From a virus (taxonomy: Duplodnaviria > Caudoviricetes), in IMG/VR virus record IMGVR_UViG_3300015607_002835, positions 6,976 through 70,975 of that record: 64,000 bases of DNA. One strand, written 5' to 3'. The position numbers and the translations under genes were made by a program. How positions within the stretch are numbered: the first letter of the stretch is position 1; every line of letters begins with the position of its first letter. A model generated the notes under the pieces. It did not search any database. It saw only the letters and a program-made list of their open reading frames with translations, and was not told where the DNA came from. Of the stretch, positions 32,777 to 43,336 are shown one piece after another.

Positions 32777-33670
32777 CTAAAGCTCCTTTGGTGACTCAAA
32801 TCCTGACTTCTCTAACTGATTCTTTATATTTGACTTTATGTCAGCCAGCTTCTCACCAGAGAAATGGGAGTTTATCAATTTTGACACATCCTCGGCAGTC
32901 ATTATATCTTTAGCGAAGACCTTTGGCCCGAAGAAGAAATGTGCTATCTCATCAGGGTCGTTGATGATCGCCGAGTCCTTTTCAAACTGACCTACTTTGG
33001 ACTTATCAATCTCTTTCATCTCGTGCTCCAGCTCATCAGGAGACACTTTCTCGAGTGATTTAACTCTACCGTGGCCGTCTTTTCTCTTCTTCGCTACCTT
33101 GAAGAGTCGCTCCAAACCAACGTCAAGCTTAAGGCTTCTAGAAGCTCTTGCTATGATTTCATCTTCATGCTTCACTACAAAATCTTTTCCATCCTCAAGA
33201 ATAAAGGTCGCAAGAGTCATGAGCATGATGTTTCTTACTGCGCCTGGATACTTTGAGTCTTCACCCTCGGTCGAGAAGTATGTAAACTTTGCCAATTTTT
33301 CTGAATCGACGAACATCAAGTCCACCTGAACCTTCTTGCCGCCAACATCTACTGCATAAGACCCGACTTTCGTGCCCGTATTATATACAGCTCTGCCCTG
33401 TACAGCTGACTCCATGGACTTATGGTAGTCCGGGAAAAATTTAGAATTGACGGCAATATCGATATCACCGGAAGAAGATTTCTTATTGTGATACGTAAGA
33501 CGAGAAGTTCCAAGTAGATTTTGGGATAACTCTTTTTCGTCGACTCCGATAGCCTTTGCTACAATTTTTACCGCATTTTTCACGTCCTTAGGGAAGGCTC
33601 GTTCAGTGTGCCATTCGGCGGTTGCTTTTCCGCCCTCTTTGATTAGGAATCGTTTGAATGAAAGTTTCAT
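32777..33670 (-). CDS. Pol-beta-like nucleotidyltransferase, possibly head-packaged
   Basis: SGDIDIAV and VQVDLM motifs; N-terminal MKLSFKRFLIKE. Confidence 0.6.
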   Translation of the reverse strand: MKLSFKRFLIKEGGKATAEWHTERAFPKDVKNAVKIVAKAIGVDEKELSQNLLGTSRLTYHNKKSSSGDIDIAVNSKFFPDYHKSMESAVQGRAVYNTGTKVGSYAVDVGGKKVQVDLMFVDSEKLAKFTYFSTEGEDSKYPGAVRNIMLMTLATFILEDGKDFVVKHEDEIIARASRSLKLDVGLERLFKVAKKRKDGHGRVKSLEKVSPDELEHEMKEIDKSKVGQFEKDSAIINDPDEIAHFFFGPKVFAKDIMTAEDVSKLINSHFSGEKLADIKSNIKNQLEKSGFESPKEL

Positions 33671-33705
33671 GGTATCCTCATTTTTTCTTTATTTATTGTG
33701 GACAG

Positions 33706-33713
33706 TATAAATA
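33706..33713 (+). promoter_or_regulatory. T4-type late promoter TATAAATA
   Basis: Exact consensus upstream of the long fibre gene. Confidence 0.7.
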
Positions 33714-33809
33714 CATCATCCAATCGAGGTTTCTTAGATAAGAAGTACACCTCTCACTATATAGTGGTTTTCACAAGCAATCAAAAACCTTTCGAAAGGA
33801 AAACTAATT

Positions 33810-36575
33810 ATGTATTTTGACGGCATTAATCTAGCGGAAGGCTCCGTAGTTACAAACCTAACTGTAGCTTCTGGTCCATCCTTCCCAGCATCATCATCAA
33901 TCGGTGAACTATTTTACCTAACTGGTGCAAATGCAGGCCTTTATCTTTACGACGGCTCCAATTGGGTCGACTTCGCAGCAGAATCTGCAGTCACCTCTCT
34001 AGGTAACGTCCCATTTGTTGTAAAAACTGCAGACGCAGCTGTACCAAATGCTCTAGTTCTTGGCTCAATCGGCGCAGGTTTCGTTAAGAATTCTGGCTCT
34101 GCTGGTACTCTAACTTCAGTCAGCTCTGTTGACCTATCTGGTTCAGACGTTTCTGGCGTTCTAGCAGCAGCACGTTTCCCAGCTCTAAGCGGCGACGTTA
34201 CAACTTCTGCAGGTTCTACTGCAGTAGCTCTATCTGCTACTGGTGTTTCTCCAGGTACTTACAACAAGATTACTGTTGACGCAAAAGGTCGCGTAACTTC
34301 AGCAGTTCAAGCTACTACACTTGCTCAACTAGGTATCACCGACGGCGCAACTCTAACCGGTTCTTCTTCACAAGACTTCTCAGCACGCAACATCACCATG
34401 ACTGGTGACTTGCTTCCAGCAGTCAACGGAGTTCAGAACATTGGTTCCGCTTCTCTACGTTGGTCAACCATCTTCGTTAACGAAGCAAAGCTAAGTGTTA
34501 ACACCCTATACATCGGCGATACCGCTATTCTTGGTACTGCTGCTGATACTATCCGAATCAAGGCTGACCCAGGTCAATCAATCTGGATGTCTACTACTGG
34601 TGTAGGTTCAACCCTAATCACTTCAGAAAACCAAGTTCAGATCTCTTCCAGCGGTCTAAATGCAGACGTTATCATTCAGGCAACTGGCTCTGGTTCTGAC
34701 GTTCGTCTAGGTTCTGCATCTACCATTCAATTGACTGCTCCAGTAACCCAAATTTCTGGCGACTCTACTGTTTCCGGAAACTCAACTGTAACTGGTAACC
34801 TAACCGTAACTGGTAACCTAACTATCAACGGCACTAACACTATCGTTAATTCTTCTACCGTTACCACAAAGGATAACATTATCCTTGTTAACGCTGGCGA
34901 AGTCGGTTCAGGTGTTACTTCAGGTAAAGCAGGTATCCAAGTTGACCGTGGCGACATGGCTGACTATCAGATCGTCTTTGATGAAACCGACGACATGTTC
35001 AAGGTTGGTCAAGTTGGTCAACTAGAAACCCTAGCTTCTCAGAACTACGTTCAATCTTACTCTGCTCCAGTTGGTCACGTTGGTGCCGGCGGTACTGCTC
35101 ACGCAAACGCTACTGGTTCAGTCGCTGGTTTCATGTCTTCATCAGACAAATCCAAGCTAGATGGTATCGCAGCAGGCGCAAACCTATACGTTCACCCAAC
35201 TTCTGGTGTTGGCTCAGGCACTTACACCAAAGTCACAGTTGATGTAAATGGTCACGTAACTTCCGGTGCTTCTCTAGTTGCAGGCGATATCCCATCTCTA
35301 GATTGGGCTAAGATTGGTTCTGGTACTCCAACCACTCTAGCTGGTTATGGTATCACTGATGCAGTTTCTGCAAACGCAGCAATTACTTCAGGTACTTACA
35401 CTAAGCTAACCGTAGATTCCAAGGGTCTTGTTACTGCTGGTTCTTCTCTAGCTGCTTCTGACATCCCATCTCTAGATTGGACTAAGATCACCACCGGTAA
35501 GCCAACTACTATCGCTGGCTACGGCATCACTGATGCATACACCAAGACCGAAACTGATTCTCGTATCCAAGCTGTTGTTGGTGCTGCACCAGCTGCTCTT
35601 GATACTCTTGCTGAAATCGCAACTCAGCTAGCAAACGATGAATCTGCAGTTTCCGCTCTAACCACTACCGTTTCTGGTAAGCTAGATTCTTCTGAAGTTG
35701 TTGCTACCGCAACCGCAAACAAGGTTCTACGTCTTGACTCTACCGGTAAGCTACCAGCTTCTATCACTGGCAATGCTGCTACCGCAACTAACGTTGCTTG
35801 GTCCGGCGTAACTGGTACTCCAACCACTCTAGCTGGTTATGGTATCACTGATGCATACACCAAGACTGCTACCGACTCAGCAATCTCTACTGCTATCGCT
35901 GGTGTTCAAGCTGGTAACGTTTCTACCGCAACTTCTGCAGGTAAGCTAACTACTGCACGTACCATCGCAATGACTGGTGATGTTTCTTGGTCAGTTGCTT
36001 TCGACGGTTCTGCAAACGTTACAGCTGCTGGTACCCTAGCAAACTCTGGCGTAACTGCAGGAACTTATCCAAAGGTTACTGTTAACGCTAAGGGTCTAGT
36101 GACTGCTGGTGCAGCTCTAGCAGCTTCTGACATCCCATCTCTAGATTGGAGCAAGATTACTTCTGGTAAACCAACCACTCTAGCTGGTTATGGTATCGGC
36201 GACGCATACACTAAGACAGAAGTTGACACTGCTCTAACCGCAAAGATCAACACTACAGCAGTCGGTGCAGCAAACGGTGTTGCAAGTCTAGACGGCGGCG
36301 GCAAGGTTCCAGCTTCTCAATTGCCTTCTTACGTTGACGATGTTGTAGAGTACGCATCCTTTGCTAACCTACCAGCTATTGGTGAAGCAGGAAAAATCTA
36401 CGTCACAACTGACACCAACAAGGTCTATCGATTCACTGGCACGATCTATGTTGAAATCTCTGCAGCTCCAGGTTCCACCGATGCAGTTGTTGAAGGTTCT
36501 ACCAACCTATACTTCACCAACGCAAGAGCTCAAGCAGCAGTTGCAAACATCACAATCGATGGTGGCTCATTCTAA
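33810..36575 (+). CDS. Long tail fibre protein
   Basis: 921 aa, G/S/T/A-rich; repeated Y.K.TVD.KGRVT and DIPSLDW.KI..G.PTT.AGYGI.DA. Confidence 0.85.
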   Translation: MYFDGINLAEGSVVTNLTVASGPSFPASSSIGELFYLTGANAGLYLYDGSNWVDFAAESAVTSLGNVPFVVKTADAAVPNALVLGSIGAGFVKNSGSAGTLTSVSSVDLSGSDVSGVLAAARFPALSGDVTTSAGSTAVALSATGVSPGTYNKITVDAKGRVTSAVQATTLAQLGITDGATLTGSSSQDFSARNITMTGDLLPAVNGVQNIGSASLRWSTIFVNEAKLSVNTLYIGDTAILGTAADTIRIKADPGQSIWMSTTGVGSTLITSENQVQISSSGLNADVIIQATGSGSDVRLGSASTIQLTAPVTQISGDSTVSGNSTVTGNLTVTGNLTINGTNTIVNSSTVTTKDNIILVNAGEVGSGVTSGKAGIQVDRGDMADYQIVFDETDDMFKVGQVGQLETLASQNYVQSYSAPVGHVGAGGTAHANATGSVAGFMSSSDKSKLDGIAAGANLYVHPTSGVGSGTYTKVTVDVNGHVTSGASLVAGDIPSLDWAKIGSGTPTTLAGYGITDAVSANAAITSGTYTKLTVDSKGLVTAGSSLAASDIPSLDWTKITTGKPTTIAGYGITDAYTKTETDSRIQAVVGAAPAALDTLAEIATQLANDESAVSALTTTVSGKLDSSEVVATATANKVLRLDSTGKLPASITGNAATATNVAWSGVTGTPTTLAGYGITDAYTKTATDSAISTAIAGVQAGNVSTATSAGKLTTARTIAMTGDVSWSVAFDGSANVTAAGTLANSGVTAGTYPKVTVNAKGLVTAGAALAASDIPSLDWSKITSGKPTTLAGYGIGDAYTKTEVDTALTAKINTTAVGAANGVASLDGGGKVPASQLPSYVDDVVEYASFANLPAIGEAGKIYVTTDTNKVYRFTGTIYVEISAAPGSTDAVVEGSTNLYFTNARAQAAVANITIDGGSF

Positions 36576-36596
36576 TACGATGAGTTAAAGAATGGA

Positions 36597-36625
36597 AAAT
36601 GGCGCATCATGCGCCATTTTCTTTT
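36597..36625 (+). terminator. Intrinsic terminator
   Basis: aaaatggcgcat-c-atgcgccatttt followed by a T run. Confidence 0.7.
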
Positions 36626-36631
36626 TATCGC

Positions 36632-36639
36632 TATAAATA
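36632..36639 (+). promoter_or_regulatory. T4-type late promoter TATAAATA
   Basis: Exact consensus upstream of the 36681 gene. Confidence 0.7.
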
Positions 36640-36680
36640 GCTTCATGATTCTTAACAAAACTTCTATATAGGAGAACACA

Positions 36681-37409
36681 ATGTCCCAAACAATTCTAAT
36701 CAAGCGTTCCTCAGTATCAGGAAAAGCTCCTACTACAGCCCAGCTTTCTTTGGGCGAACTAGCACTAAACACTTATGACGGTAAAATCTTCCTAAAGAAG
36801 AACGTTCTTGGTGTCGATTCTATCGTTGAAGTTGGTGCAGTTTCTATCACTGGCGACGCGACTGGCTCTGGTAACGGATCAATTGCTCTAACTCTTTCAA
36901 CAACTGGTGTAGCAGCTGGCACTTATACCAAGCTAACTGTAGACACTAAAGGTCGTGTTACAGCTGGTTCAACTCTTGCAGCTACCGATATTCCATCTCT
37001 AGATTGGTCAAAGATCACTTCTGGTAAGCCAACCACTCTAGCTGGTTATGGCATTACTGATGCTGTAAACGCAAGCAACGCTGTTATCACCAGCAGCCTA
37101 ACATTGACATCCGCAAACGCAGGCCTAGAAATCGGTCAGAGCGGCGCATCAAACACACCATACGTTGACTTCCACTCAGGCGTAACAGCAACTGACTATG
37201 ACGCTCGTATTATCGCTTCAGGCGGTACTGGAGTTTCTGGTGCTGGTACACTAAATGTAGTTGCTGGTTCATTCACTGTTAATACGCTCCAAGTTCCAGT
37301 TGTAGGACCTACAACTCCAAAGGATGGTGACGTAAAGGTCGTTTCTGGCGTTGTTTCAATTTATGCAACCGGTGCATGGAGACAAGTCTTCCCAGCAGTC
37401 TACGCTTAA
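36681..37409 (+). CDS. Short tail fibre / fibre-associated protein
   Basis: ILIKRS..GKAPT..L..GELALNTYDGK N-terminus plus one fibre repeat; PYVDFH..DYDARI. Confidence 0.75.
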   Translation: MSQTILIKRSSVSGKAPTTAQLSLGELALNTYDGKIFLKKNVLGVDSIVEVGAVSITGDATGSGNGSIALTLSTTGVAAGTYTKLTVDTKGRVTAGSTLAATDIPSLDWSKITSGKPTTLAGYGITDAVNASNAVITSSLTLTSANAGLEIGQSGASNTPYVDFHSGVTATDYDARIIASGGTGVSGAGTLNVVAGSFTVNTLQVPVVGPTTPKDGDVKVVSGVVSIYATGAWRQVFPAVYA

Positions 37410-37443
37410 TTTAATTCTTAACTAAATAACAGGAGAATTAAAT

Positions 37444-38427
37444 ATGTCATACGCACAAGGTCAAAATATCGCAGCCGCAGACTACAATGGCTTTACTGGT
37501 GGCGTGCAAACTAACGTTGCATTCGCATCAGCAGCCGCTGCTACTCAAAAGGCTTCAGCGATCTACGGTACTGGCTACGGCGATAGAGGTTATGGACAAG
37601 CATATCTTCCAGCTCCAGGTCTCCCACTAATCGCTGTTGGTGATACTATCACCGCTCAGCACTGGCTAAACTTGAGAACTGCTATCGCAACTTGCGCATC
37701 ACAGCAAGGCACTGCAGTCACTCAACTTCCACCTGCTTCTGACTTCGTTGCCGGTGCAAACATCAAAGCTGAAACCACTGCAGCAACAGGAACTTACGAT
37801 TTCGCAACCATGATCGCAAACATCGATGCAAACCGCTTTAACACCGCCGCCGGCGCATCAATGACCCTAACCTCAAATGCTCTAACAATCACTAGAGCTA
37901 CTACTTGGGGTGCAGCTGCTGGTGGAATTACTGCTGTAGCTTCTGTAACATTCCCTTCTGAGGATGCTGCTCGTTACTTCTTCAACTCGGGCGGCGAAGT
38001 TCGTTTCGCATTGTATCATCCAGTAGGTTCAACACAGGATAGCAACTGGAATACTGCTCTTGCTAACCTTGGAACAGTCGCATTCAAGGCTCATTCCACT
38101 ACTAGAACTGGTACTGTGGGAACCCCAGCTGCAGTTGGTTACTACGAACTAACTACTACTGATCAAACTGTTCTATCAGGTGCGATTGGTACTGGTGCAT
38201 ACTCAACCAACTCTATTTCGGTTTCTGCAAGAGCTGCATCAATCACTGGTGCAAACGGCGCAAAAGGATCACAGATCATTTTCACTATCACTCTAACCGA
38301 CTCACACACAAATGCCTTCTCAGATATTTGTGCGGCTGGAACCAACGTTACATTTGCACATTTGAAAGCAACTGCGGTTCTTTCAAACATCGCATCGCCA
38401 ACTTTCGCAACAGTTACAAACTGGTAA
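37444..38427 (+). CDS. Virion structural protein
   Basis: A/T/G-rich, ARYFFNSGGEVRF motif, late-operon position. Confidence 0.65.
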   Translation: MSYAQGQNIAAADYNGFTGGVQTNVAFASAAAATQKASAIYGTGYGDRGYGQAYLPAPGLPLIAVGDTITAQHWLNLRTAIATCASQQGTAVTQLPPASDFVAGANIKAETTAATGTYDFATMIANIDANRFNTAAGASMTLTSNALTITRATTWGAAAGGITAVASVTFPSEDAARYFFNSGGEVRFALYHPVGSTQDSNWNTALANLGTVAFKAHSTTRTGTVGTPAAVGYYELTTTDQTVLSGAIGTGAYSTNSISVSARAASITGANGAKGSQIIFTITLTDSHTNAFSDICAAGTNVTFAHLKATAVLSNIASPTFATVTNW

Positions 38428-38435
38428 TGGAAGAC

Positions 38436-38466
38436 AAAAAGAAAGGGAGCTTCGGCTCCCTTTTTC
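38436..38466. terminator. Bidirectional terminator between convergent operons
   Basis: A tract - GGGAGC TTCG GCTCCC - T tract. Confidence 0.85.
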
Positions 38467-38987
38467 TATTTGTGCTTTGCTAAAGCTATTGCAGCTCTAA
38501 ATTTTCGTTTCGACCAATGTTCCTTCTTGGTCTTAATCTTAGCAACTAGATCTTTTGCTCGATGGTAGGCCGGTTGTTGTTGGACCCAAGTATGAGCCCA
38601 CGCTCTCAGTTTAGCCACATTGTCGCGAACCCAACAAACCCATGCAAACTGAGTAATTTTTGCTTCAGTGACTTCCCACATCCATGCAAACAATGCGGTA
38701 CCTGTGATTTTAGCAGCAATGAACAGGATTACACCGGAAAAAGCATGATTATTACCCATCAACCACACTACACCGAGTTTAACCGGGATGAACGACAATT
38801 CTGGGATGATGAATACAGCAAGTGAAACCCATTTGTTTTGTTGTCGTAGAACAGTTTCAAGGTTCCGAATTATCGGTAGCGCAGCGACCGACTTCATGAA
38901 AGCTAACAGTCGGAACCACAACCATTCTTCGAAGAAAATGAAAAGCGTTGCTACGAAAACGAAAGCTCCACTTAATAGCCTTTTCAT
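38466..38987 (-). CDS. Membrane protein
   Basis: Several hydrophobic segments; FEEWLW, PELSFIPVK. Confidence 0.65.
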   Translation of the reverse strand: MKRLLSGAFVFVATLFIFFEEWLWFRLLAFMKSVAALPIIRNLETVLRQQNKWVSLAVFIIPELSFIPVKLGVVWLMGNNHAFSGVILFIAAKITGTALFAWMWEVTEAKITQFAWVCWVRDNVAKLRAWAHTWVQQQPAYHRAKDLVAKIKTKKEHWSKRKFRAAIALAKHK

Positions 38988-39385
38988 TTGGAACCATCCG
39001 CTTTAGTTGGCTGGGAAATTTTGGTAAGCTGGCCGTTAATTATAGCAGTCTCATCAGAAGTAATGCTACCATAGAAGATTTCTTCTGCGGTTACTTTACC
39101 ACCCGAAATAACAATCAATGACTTATTCGCAACGATTTTACAAACTGAAACTACGCCAGTTACGACAACATGGTCAGCTTCAATGTTTCCGCCTTCTATC
39201 GTACCTTCAATGATTACAGTGCTTTCGTTAGGATGTTGCGCATCACTTTCGAAGATGTCGCCTTTAACTTTACCCGAAATTTTCATGGTTCCAGTGAAAG
39301 TGATAGCACCTTCAATTTCCATGCCGGCAGCAACGATAGAGTTGATTGCGTTAAGATTGGGCTTCTTCGACTTATTACCAAACAT
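38984..39385 (-). CDS. Bactofilin (CcmA/BacA-like polymer-forming cytoskeletal protein)
   Basis: SIVAAGMEIEGAITFTG.MKISG.VKGDI..V.IEG.IEG.I.AD.VVV.G..(S)G.V.A beta-helix repeats. Confidence 0.8.
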   Translation of the reverse strand: MFGNKSKKPNLNAINSIVAAGMEIEGAITFTGTMKISGKVKGDIFESDAQHPNESTVIIEGTIEGGNIEADHVVVTGVVSVCKIVANKSLIVISGGKVTAEEIFYGSITSDETAIINGQLTKISQPTKADGSK

Positions 39386-39386
39386 C

Positions 39387-39917
39387 TTATTTTCTCCTTA
39401 TGTCCATGAACACGGACTTAAATTGATTATGTTCATCAGCGTCTATAGATTCTAGAAGCTCATGTTCCCATGACCCCAAATCGGAAAAATCAGGAAATTT
39501 AACAAAAGCATCTCCGTCAATTTGTGTTTTTACAACGGCGATAAAAAATTTTCTGACTAAATCTTTTTGGATTGCTTCATTATATACCATTCCTCCACCG
39601 ATTAAAAATGGTTTTTTCTCAGGAAAGATAGTATAAGCCATTGCACAAGCGTCTTCGAGAGAGTTTGCAACAACCACATCACCACGCTTTAGCATTTCGT
39701 ATTTTGATTTGCTAGTGATGACGATATTGACTCTATTTGGGAGAGGTTTACCAAGGGATTCAAACGTATTTCTCCCCATGATTACCACATTTCCAGTGGT
39801 AAGTCCCCTAAATCGGATCATATCTGTCTTCTGTTTCCATACCAACGGTTCTGGCCCAGATTTTCCAATACAGCCATTAATGTCGGCTGCAACAATCAGA
39901 TTTAAAAATCTTTTCAT
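39387..39917 (-). CDS. folA: Dihydrofolate reductase
   Basis: IVA.D..G.IG, DM.RF..LT.G..VIMGR.TFESL.KPLPNR.N, IGGG.VY. Confidence 0.95.
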   Translation of the reverse strand: MKRFLNLIVAADINGCIGKSGPEPLVWKQKTDMIRFRGLTTGNVVIMGRNTFESLGKPLPNRVNIVITSKSKYEMLKRGDVVVANSLEDACAMAYTIFPEKKPFLIGGGMVYNEAIQKDLVRKFFIAVVKTQIDGDAFVKFPDFSDLGSWEHELLESIDADEHNQFKSVFMDIRRK

Positions 39918-39970
39918 TATGATAGATACAAAAATGGCGCAAAGTCCTAAAACCTTGCGCCATACAGTTC

Positions 39971-41578
39971 TTAGAACTGGCTGATCAGCTGCGGAGCAGC
40001 GGAGTCGAAGCCAACGATGTCAAGCATACCAGCATCCTTCGGATCAGCGATGGAGAAGTTGGTGGTGGAAGTACCAGCCACGATCAACTTACCCTTACCG
40101 TACTGATCACGGTATTGCTTGAGCGCCTGGACCGGTTGGATGCGACCAGCCCAAGTTTCGTTGTCAGTGTAGACACAGAACTTGTCAACGTTCATCTTAT
40201 GCTTCAGCGCGTACAACATTGGCTGAGCGCAATCAGTGCCGCCCCAGTTGAAGTGCTGCATGATCTTCAACACTTGATCCAAACGCATATTCGGAGAAAT
40301 CTTCAGTTCAGACATGGTAGTGTCGAAACCACCGATCCAGTAATTGGATTCAACCTTTGCGGTAGCCAATGCCATAACAGCAGCAGCTTCAGCAGAAGTA
40401 AGATTGTTGATACCCATACAGCGGGCGCCGAACATGGAACCAGAACAGTCGATACCAAGCAGGTAGTTTTCACCGGAAGGCTCGATATTCTTGAAAGAAG
40501 CGTAGAACGCGTCATTCAATGCATCAACAACCTTCTGAGAAACACGCCAAGTCATGGAACCCTTGTCGCCGCGGCCTTGTTGGTAGGTCTTCATCGCGGA
40601 CAGAAGAGTGATCGGGTGAACACGACCATTCTTCAAAGCTTCAGCATCGCTCAAGCGAGCAACAGCCAGCTTTTCGCCTTCAGACAGACCAGCGATTACG
40701 CCATTGGCAGACATTCGACCCAAGTTGCGGATCAAAGCGGTGACACCCATGGTCGGGAGCAGAGCTTCCCAAACCTTAGAATCAGTCAACACTTGGGTTG
40801 GCAACATTTCCCAGGTCAGACCATAATCGCGAACTGCCTTAACGGCATTAGCAACAGACGGATTCTTGTGCAGTTCTTCGAACACCAAGAAGAGTTGAGG
40901 CAACTTGGCATTATCGAGATGCTTGCGATCATTGGTAACCCAATGGAACATCGCGTTGTGAGAATCGGTAGTCGGCTTGACGTGAGCAAGACGCAGAACG
41001 TCGCGATGAGACCAGCCATTACGTTGTTGATACTTCAACAACTGCATAGCGAGCTTGTCTTCTTGACGAGCATACCACTTGGCAACACCACGCTTAGCGT
41101 AACCACGCCACTTACCAAACTTGTTGTAAGCTTCCATGAAGGAGAACAAGTGGGTACCGATACGGCAGACCTTACCAAGGTTAGCGAAAGCATGTTCCGC
41201 AACTTCCTTGTTTTCGGATGCAGCAGCCAGAGCCATCACGAAGATAGCTGGATCGTTCTTGAAAGCACGACCTTGGTCGGAGATTTCAATGACGCGATCA
41301 ACTGCGCGCTTACCGTTTTCCTTGATACATGCGATAACGTTCTTCGCGTTGTCCAGGGTTACGTTCTTTTCAGAAGCGTAATAATGGCCGCCTTCAGAGC
41401 CAAGGATCAAGAAGCGGTCAAATTGACCCCACTTGTCCATAACGAAGGTGTAACCACCTGCGTTATTCTTTGCCATTTCAGCCTCGCGGCCAGGAATTGG
41501 CTTGCTTTGAGCAGTTGCCTTTGGATTGAGTTCGCCATCGAGGATATCGGAATAACGAGCGGTTGCGTTCTTAGCCAT
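39971..41578 (-). CDS. rsr: Ro60/Rsr (TROVE + vWA) RNA-binding protein
   Basis: NNAGGY.F, RFLILGSEGG.YY, KYQQR.GWSHRD.LRL.H, LPM-like TALIRNL, RVHP, DCSGSM, GGTDCA.PM, YTDNETWAG, GFD. Confidence 0.93.
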   Translation of the reverse strand: MAKNATARYSDILDGELNPKATAQSKPIPGREAEMAKNNAGGYTFVMDKWGQFDRFLILGSEGGHYYASEKNVTLDNAKNVIACIKENGKRAVDRVIEISDQGRAFKNDPAIFVMALAAASENKEVAEHAFANLGKVCRIGTHLFSFMEAYNKFGKWRGYAKRGVAKWYARQEDKLAMQLLKYQQRNGWSHRDVLRLAHVKPTTDSHNAMFHWVTNDRKHLDNAKLPQLFLVFEELHKNPSVANAVKAVRDYGLTWEMLPTQVLTDSKVWEALLPTMGVTALIRNLGRMSANGVIAGLSEGEKLAVARLSDAEALKNGRVHPITLLSAMKTYQQGRGDKGSMTWRVSQKVVDALNDAFYASFKNIEPSGENYLLGIDCSGSMFGARCMGINNLTSAEAAAVMALATAKVESNYWIGGFDTTMSELKISPNMRLDQVLKIMQHFNWGGTDCAQPMLYALKHKMNVDKFCVYTDNETWAGRIQPVQALKQYRDQYGKGKLIVAGTSTTNFSIADPKDAGMLDIVGFDSAAPQLISQF

Positions 41579-42288
41579 CTTTTTCTCCTTGTGAAAGTGT
41601 ATACGGATTAAGTTGATTGTTGCTTAATCAAATTTAGCTGCAACAGGATTAGAATTGTAATCCAATCCTGGTAAGTTGTAAACTGCAATGGGTGAAATTA
41701 TTTATTTGACCGGAACGTAAACAATTCCAGGGCCCAGAATCAGTGAGCCGGGTGTAAGATTGGAAACGTCAAGATTATCTACGTTTTCAAACTTAATGGT
41801 GTTTTCGTAGACGTAATCTGCTTCAAAGCCGTTTTGAAATACTACTCGAACTTTGTCGTAGATTTTACTTCCACCAAAAACACCAATCACCTTAGAATTA
41901 TCACTGTTAACGTCTTTGATTTCGAATCCATCTTCGTCTTCAAGCTGTTGAACGGTGATTTCGCTTGTTTGCTTTACTAGGCCCAACTTTGAACCAATCA
42001 AGTATGACAATCCCCCAATGACCGCGAGAATTACTTGATAGAGAACAGCGATACTTGCTGAAGAAAGCAAGCTAGTGTCTACATCATTAATTTGGTTTGA
42101 AAAAACAATTGCACCAAAAATGCAGACGGCACTAAGTGCCAGACGTGAGGCTGTGATCATGTTTTCTTTCTTTTTTGATTTCTATTTTTGTACAATGTGC
42201 ATTGTACGCCCGACCCCTCTGACATAAATGCCAGCGGATTAGAACATTATACTAAGTCCGCTGGCATTTGTAAACGACTTTATTCAAG

Positions 42289-42855
42289 TCAATTTTGCCG
42301 TAGTCTGGAATTTTCTGGGACAAACTGCATCAAGAAATCCATCTGATCGGCTAGGATATTACGATTCATCAAGATCAAGTGTTCTGCTCTAGATGGCACA
42401 TATGGAACATACAACAATTCCATGTTTGCTTGTTCTGGAGTTCTACCGTCTTTGTGCTGATTACAACGAACACAAGCAGCAACAACGTTCATCCAAACGT
42501 CAGCACCGTTCTGACAACGCGGTTTGATGTGATCACGTGTCAGATCATCTGCGCTAAAGTGTTTTCCACAGTACGCGCAAATGTTTCGGTCTCGTCTGAA
42601 TAGAGCCTTGTTGGTTAGGGTAGGTGTCTTATGATTAAACTTGACCTTGCCATTATCGCTACGAACAGCAATGATGGAAGGGGTTGTAATTTCAGACACT
42701 TCTCCTGTCATGCGTGAGACCCCACCGTGGAAGGTGAAGTAGTTTTCTCCCAGCGACCAAGCAACCTGATTTTTGGCTTGGTAGGTAATGGCGTCTTGCC
42801 AAGTTACCCATTTTTGAGGAGTTCCATGAACGTCGAGTGATAGAATAAGTGCCAT
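42289..42855 (-). CDS. HNH endonuclease (McrA-like, CxxC)
   Basis: LFRRD..ICAYCG, TRDHI.P...G...W.NVV.AC..CN..K. Confidence 0.85.
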   Translation of the reverse strand: MALILSLDVHGTPQKWVTWQDAITYQAKNQVAWSLGENYFTFHGGVSRMTGEVSEITTPSIIAVRSDNGKVKFNHKTPTLTNKALFRRDRNICAYCGKHFSADDLTRDHIKPRCQNGADVWMNVVAACVRCNQHKDGRTPEQANMELLYVPYVPSRAEHLILMNRNILADQMDFLMQFVPENSRLRQN

Positions 42856-42889
42856 GTTTTTACCTTCTTGAATCTACATTTAAAATGTC

Positions 42890-43336
42890 CTAGTTAAGTT
42901 TAGTTTTTCGTAAAATCCCTTCGAGCCTTTCGATGAAGTCCCGATGGTCTTCTCGCCCTTCTTTTAAAAAATCTTCAGCGGTCATCCACAACGTATACTC
43001 TGTTTCATAACACGGTTTAGTAAATTTTGAAACTTCATTTACTTCACCCGCGAAAACTGACAACTTATGGTTTTTATATGACTTTTTAGCAAGATGCCAA
43101 AAATCATTTAGATTCGATCTGACCAGACCGAGTTCTTCTTCAGCTTCTCTTAGCGCAGTTTCTTCGTCAGTTTCTCCGGGGTCTTGACCACCTTTTGAAA
43201 CCATGGGTTTATCCCCTCCAAAACGAGCATCAGAAGATACCATCATTAGGTATTTAAACTTTCCGATCGTCTCGTCAAAAAAGTAAGGAATAAACCCAGC
43301 TTTTCTTTGCTTTCCCATTTGAAGACTACCTTTCAA
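42890..43336 (-). CDS. NUDIX hydrolase
   Basis: KGG.DPGET.EETALREAEEELG. Confidence 0.9.
   Translation of the reverse strand: MKGSLQMGKQRKAGFIPYFFDETIGKFKYLMMVSSDARFGGDKPMVSKGGQDPGETDEETALREAEEELGLVRSNLNDFWHLAKKSYKNHKLSVFAGEVNEVSKFTKPCYETEYTLWMTAEDFLKEGREDHRDFIERLEGILRKTKLN

Noticed and set aside
33810-37409. CRISPR array or DGR-type repeats
   Set aside because: The repeats are in-frame protein repeats at irregular spacing. There are no spacers, no cas or reverse transcriptase gene, and no adenine-specific divergence.
40115-41611. Long + strand ORFs (40115-41611, 19068-19949, 24876-25730, 23717-24331)
   Set aside because: Antisense shadows of well-supported minus-strand genes with biased codon usage; no motifs or RBS.
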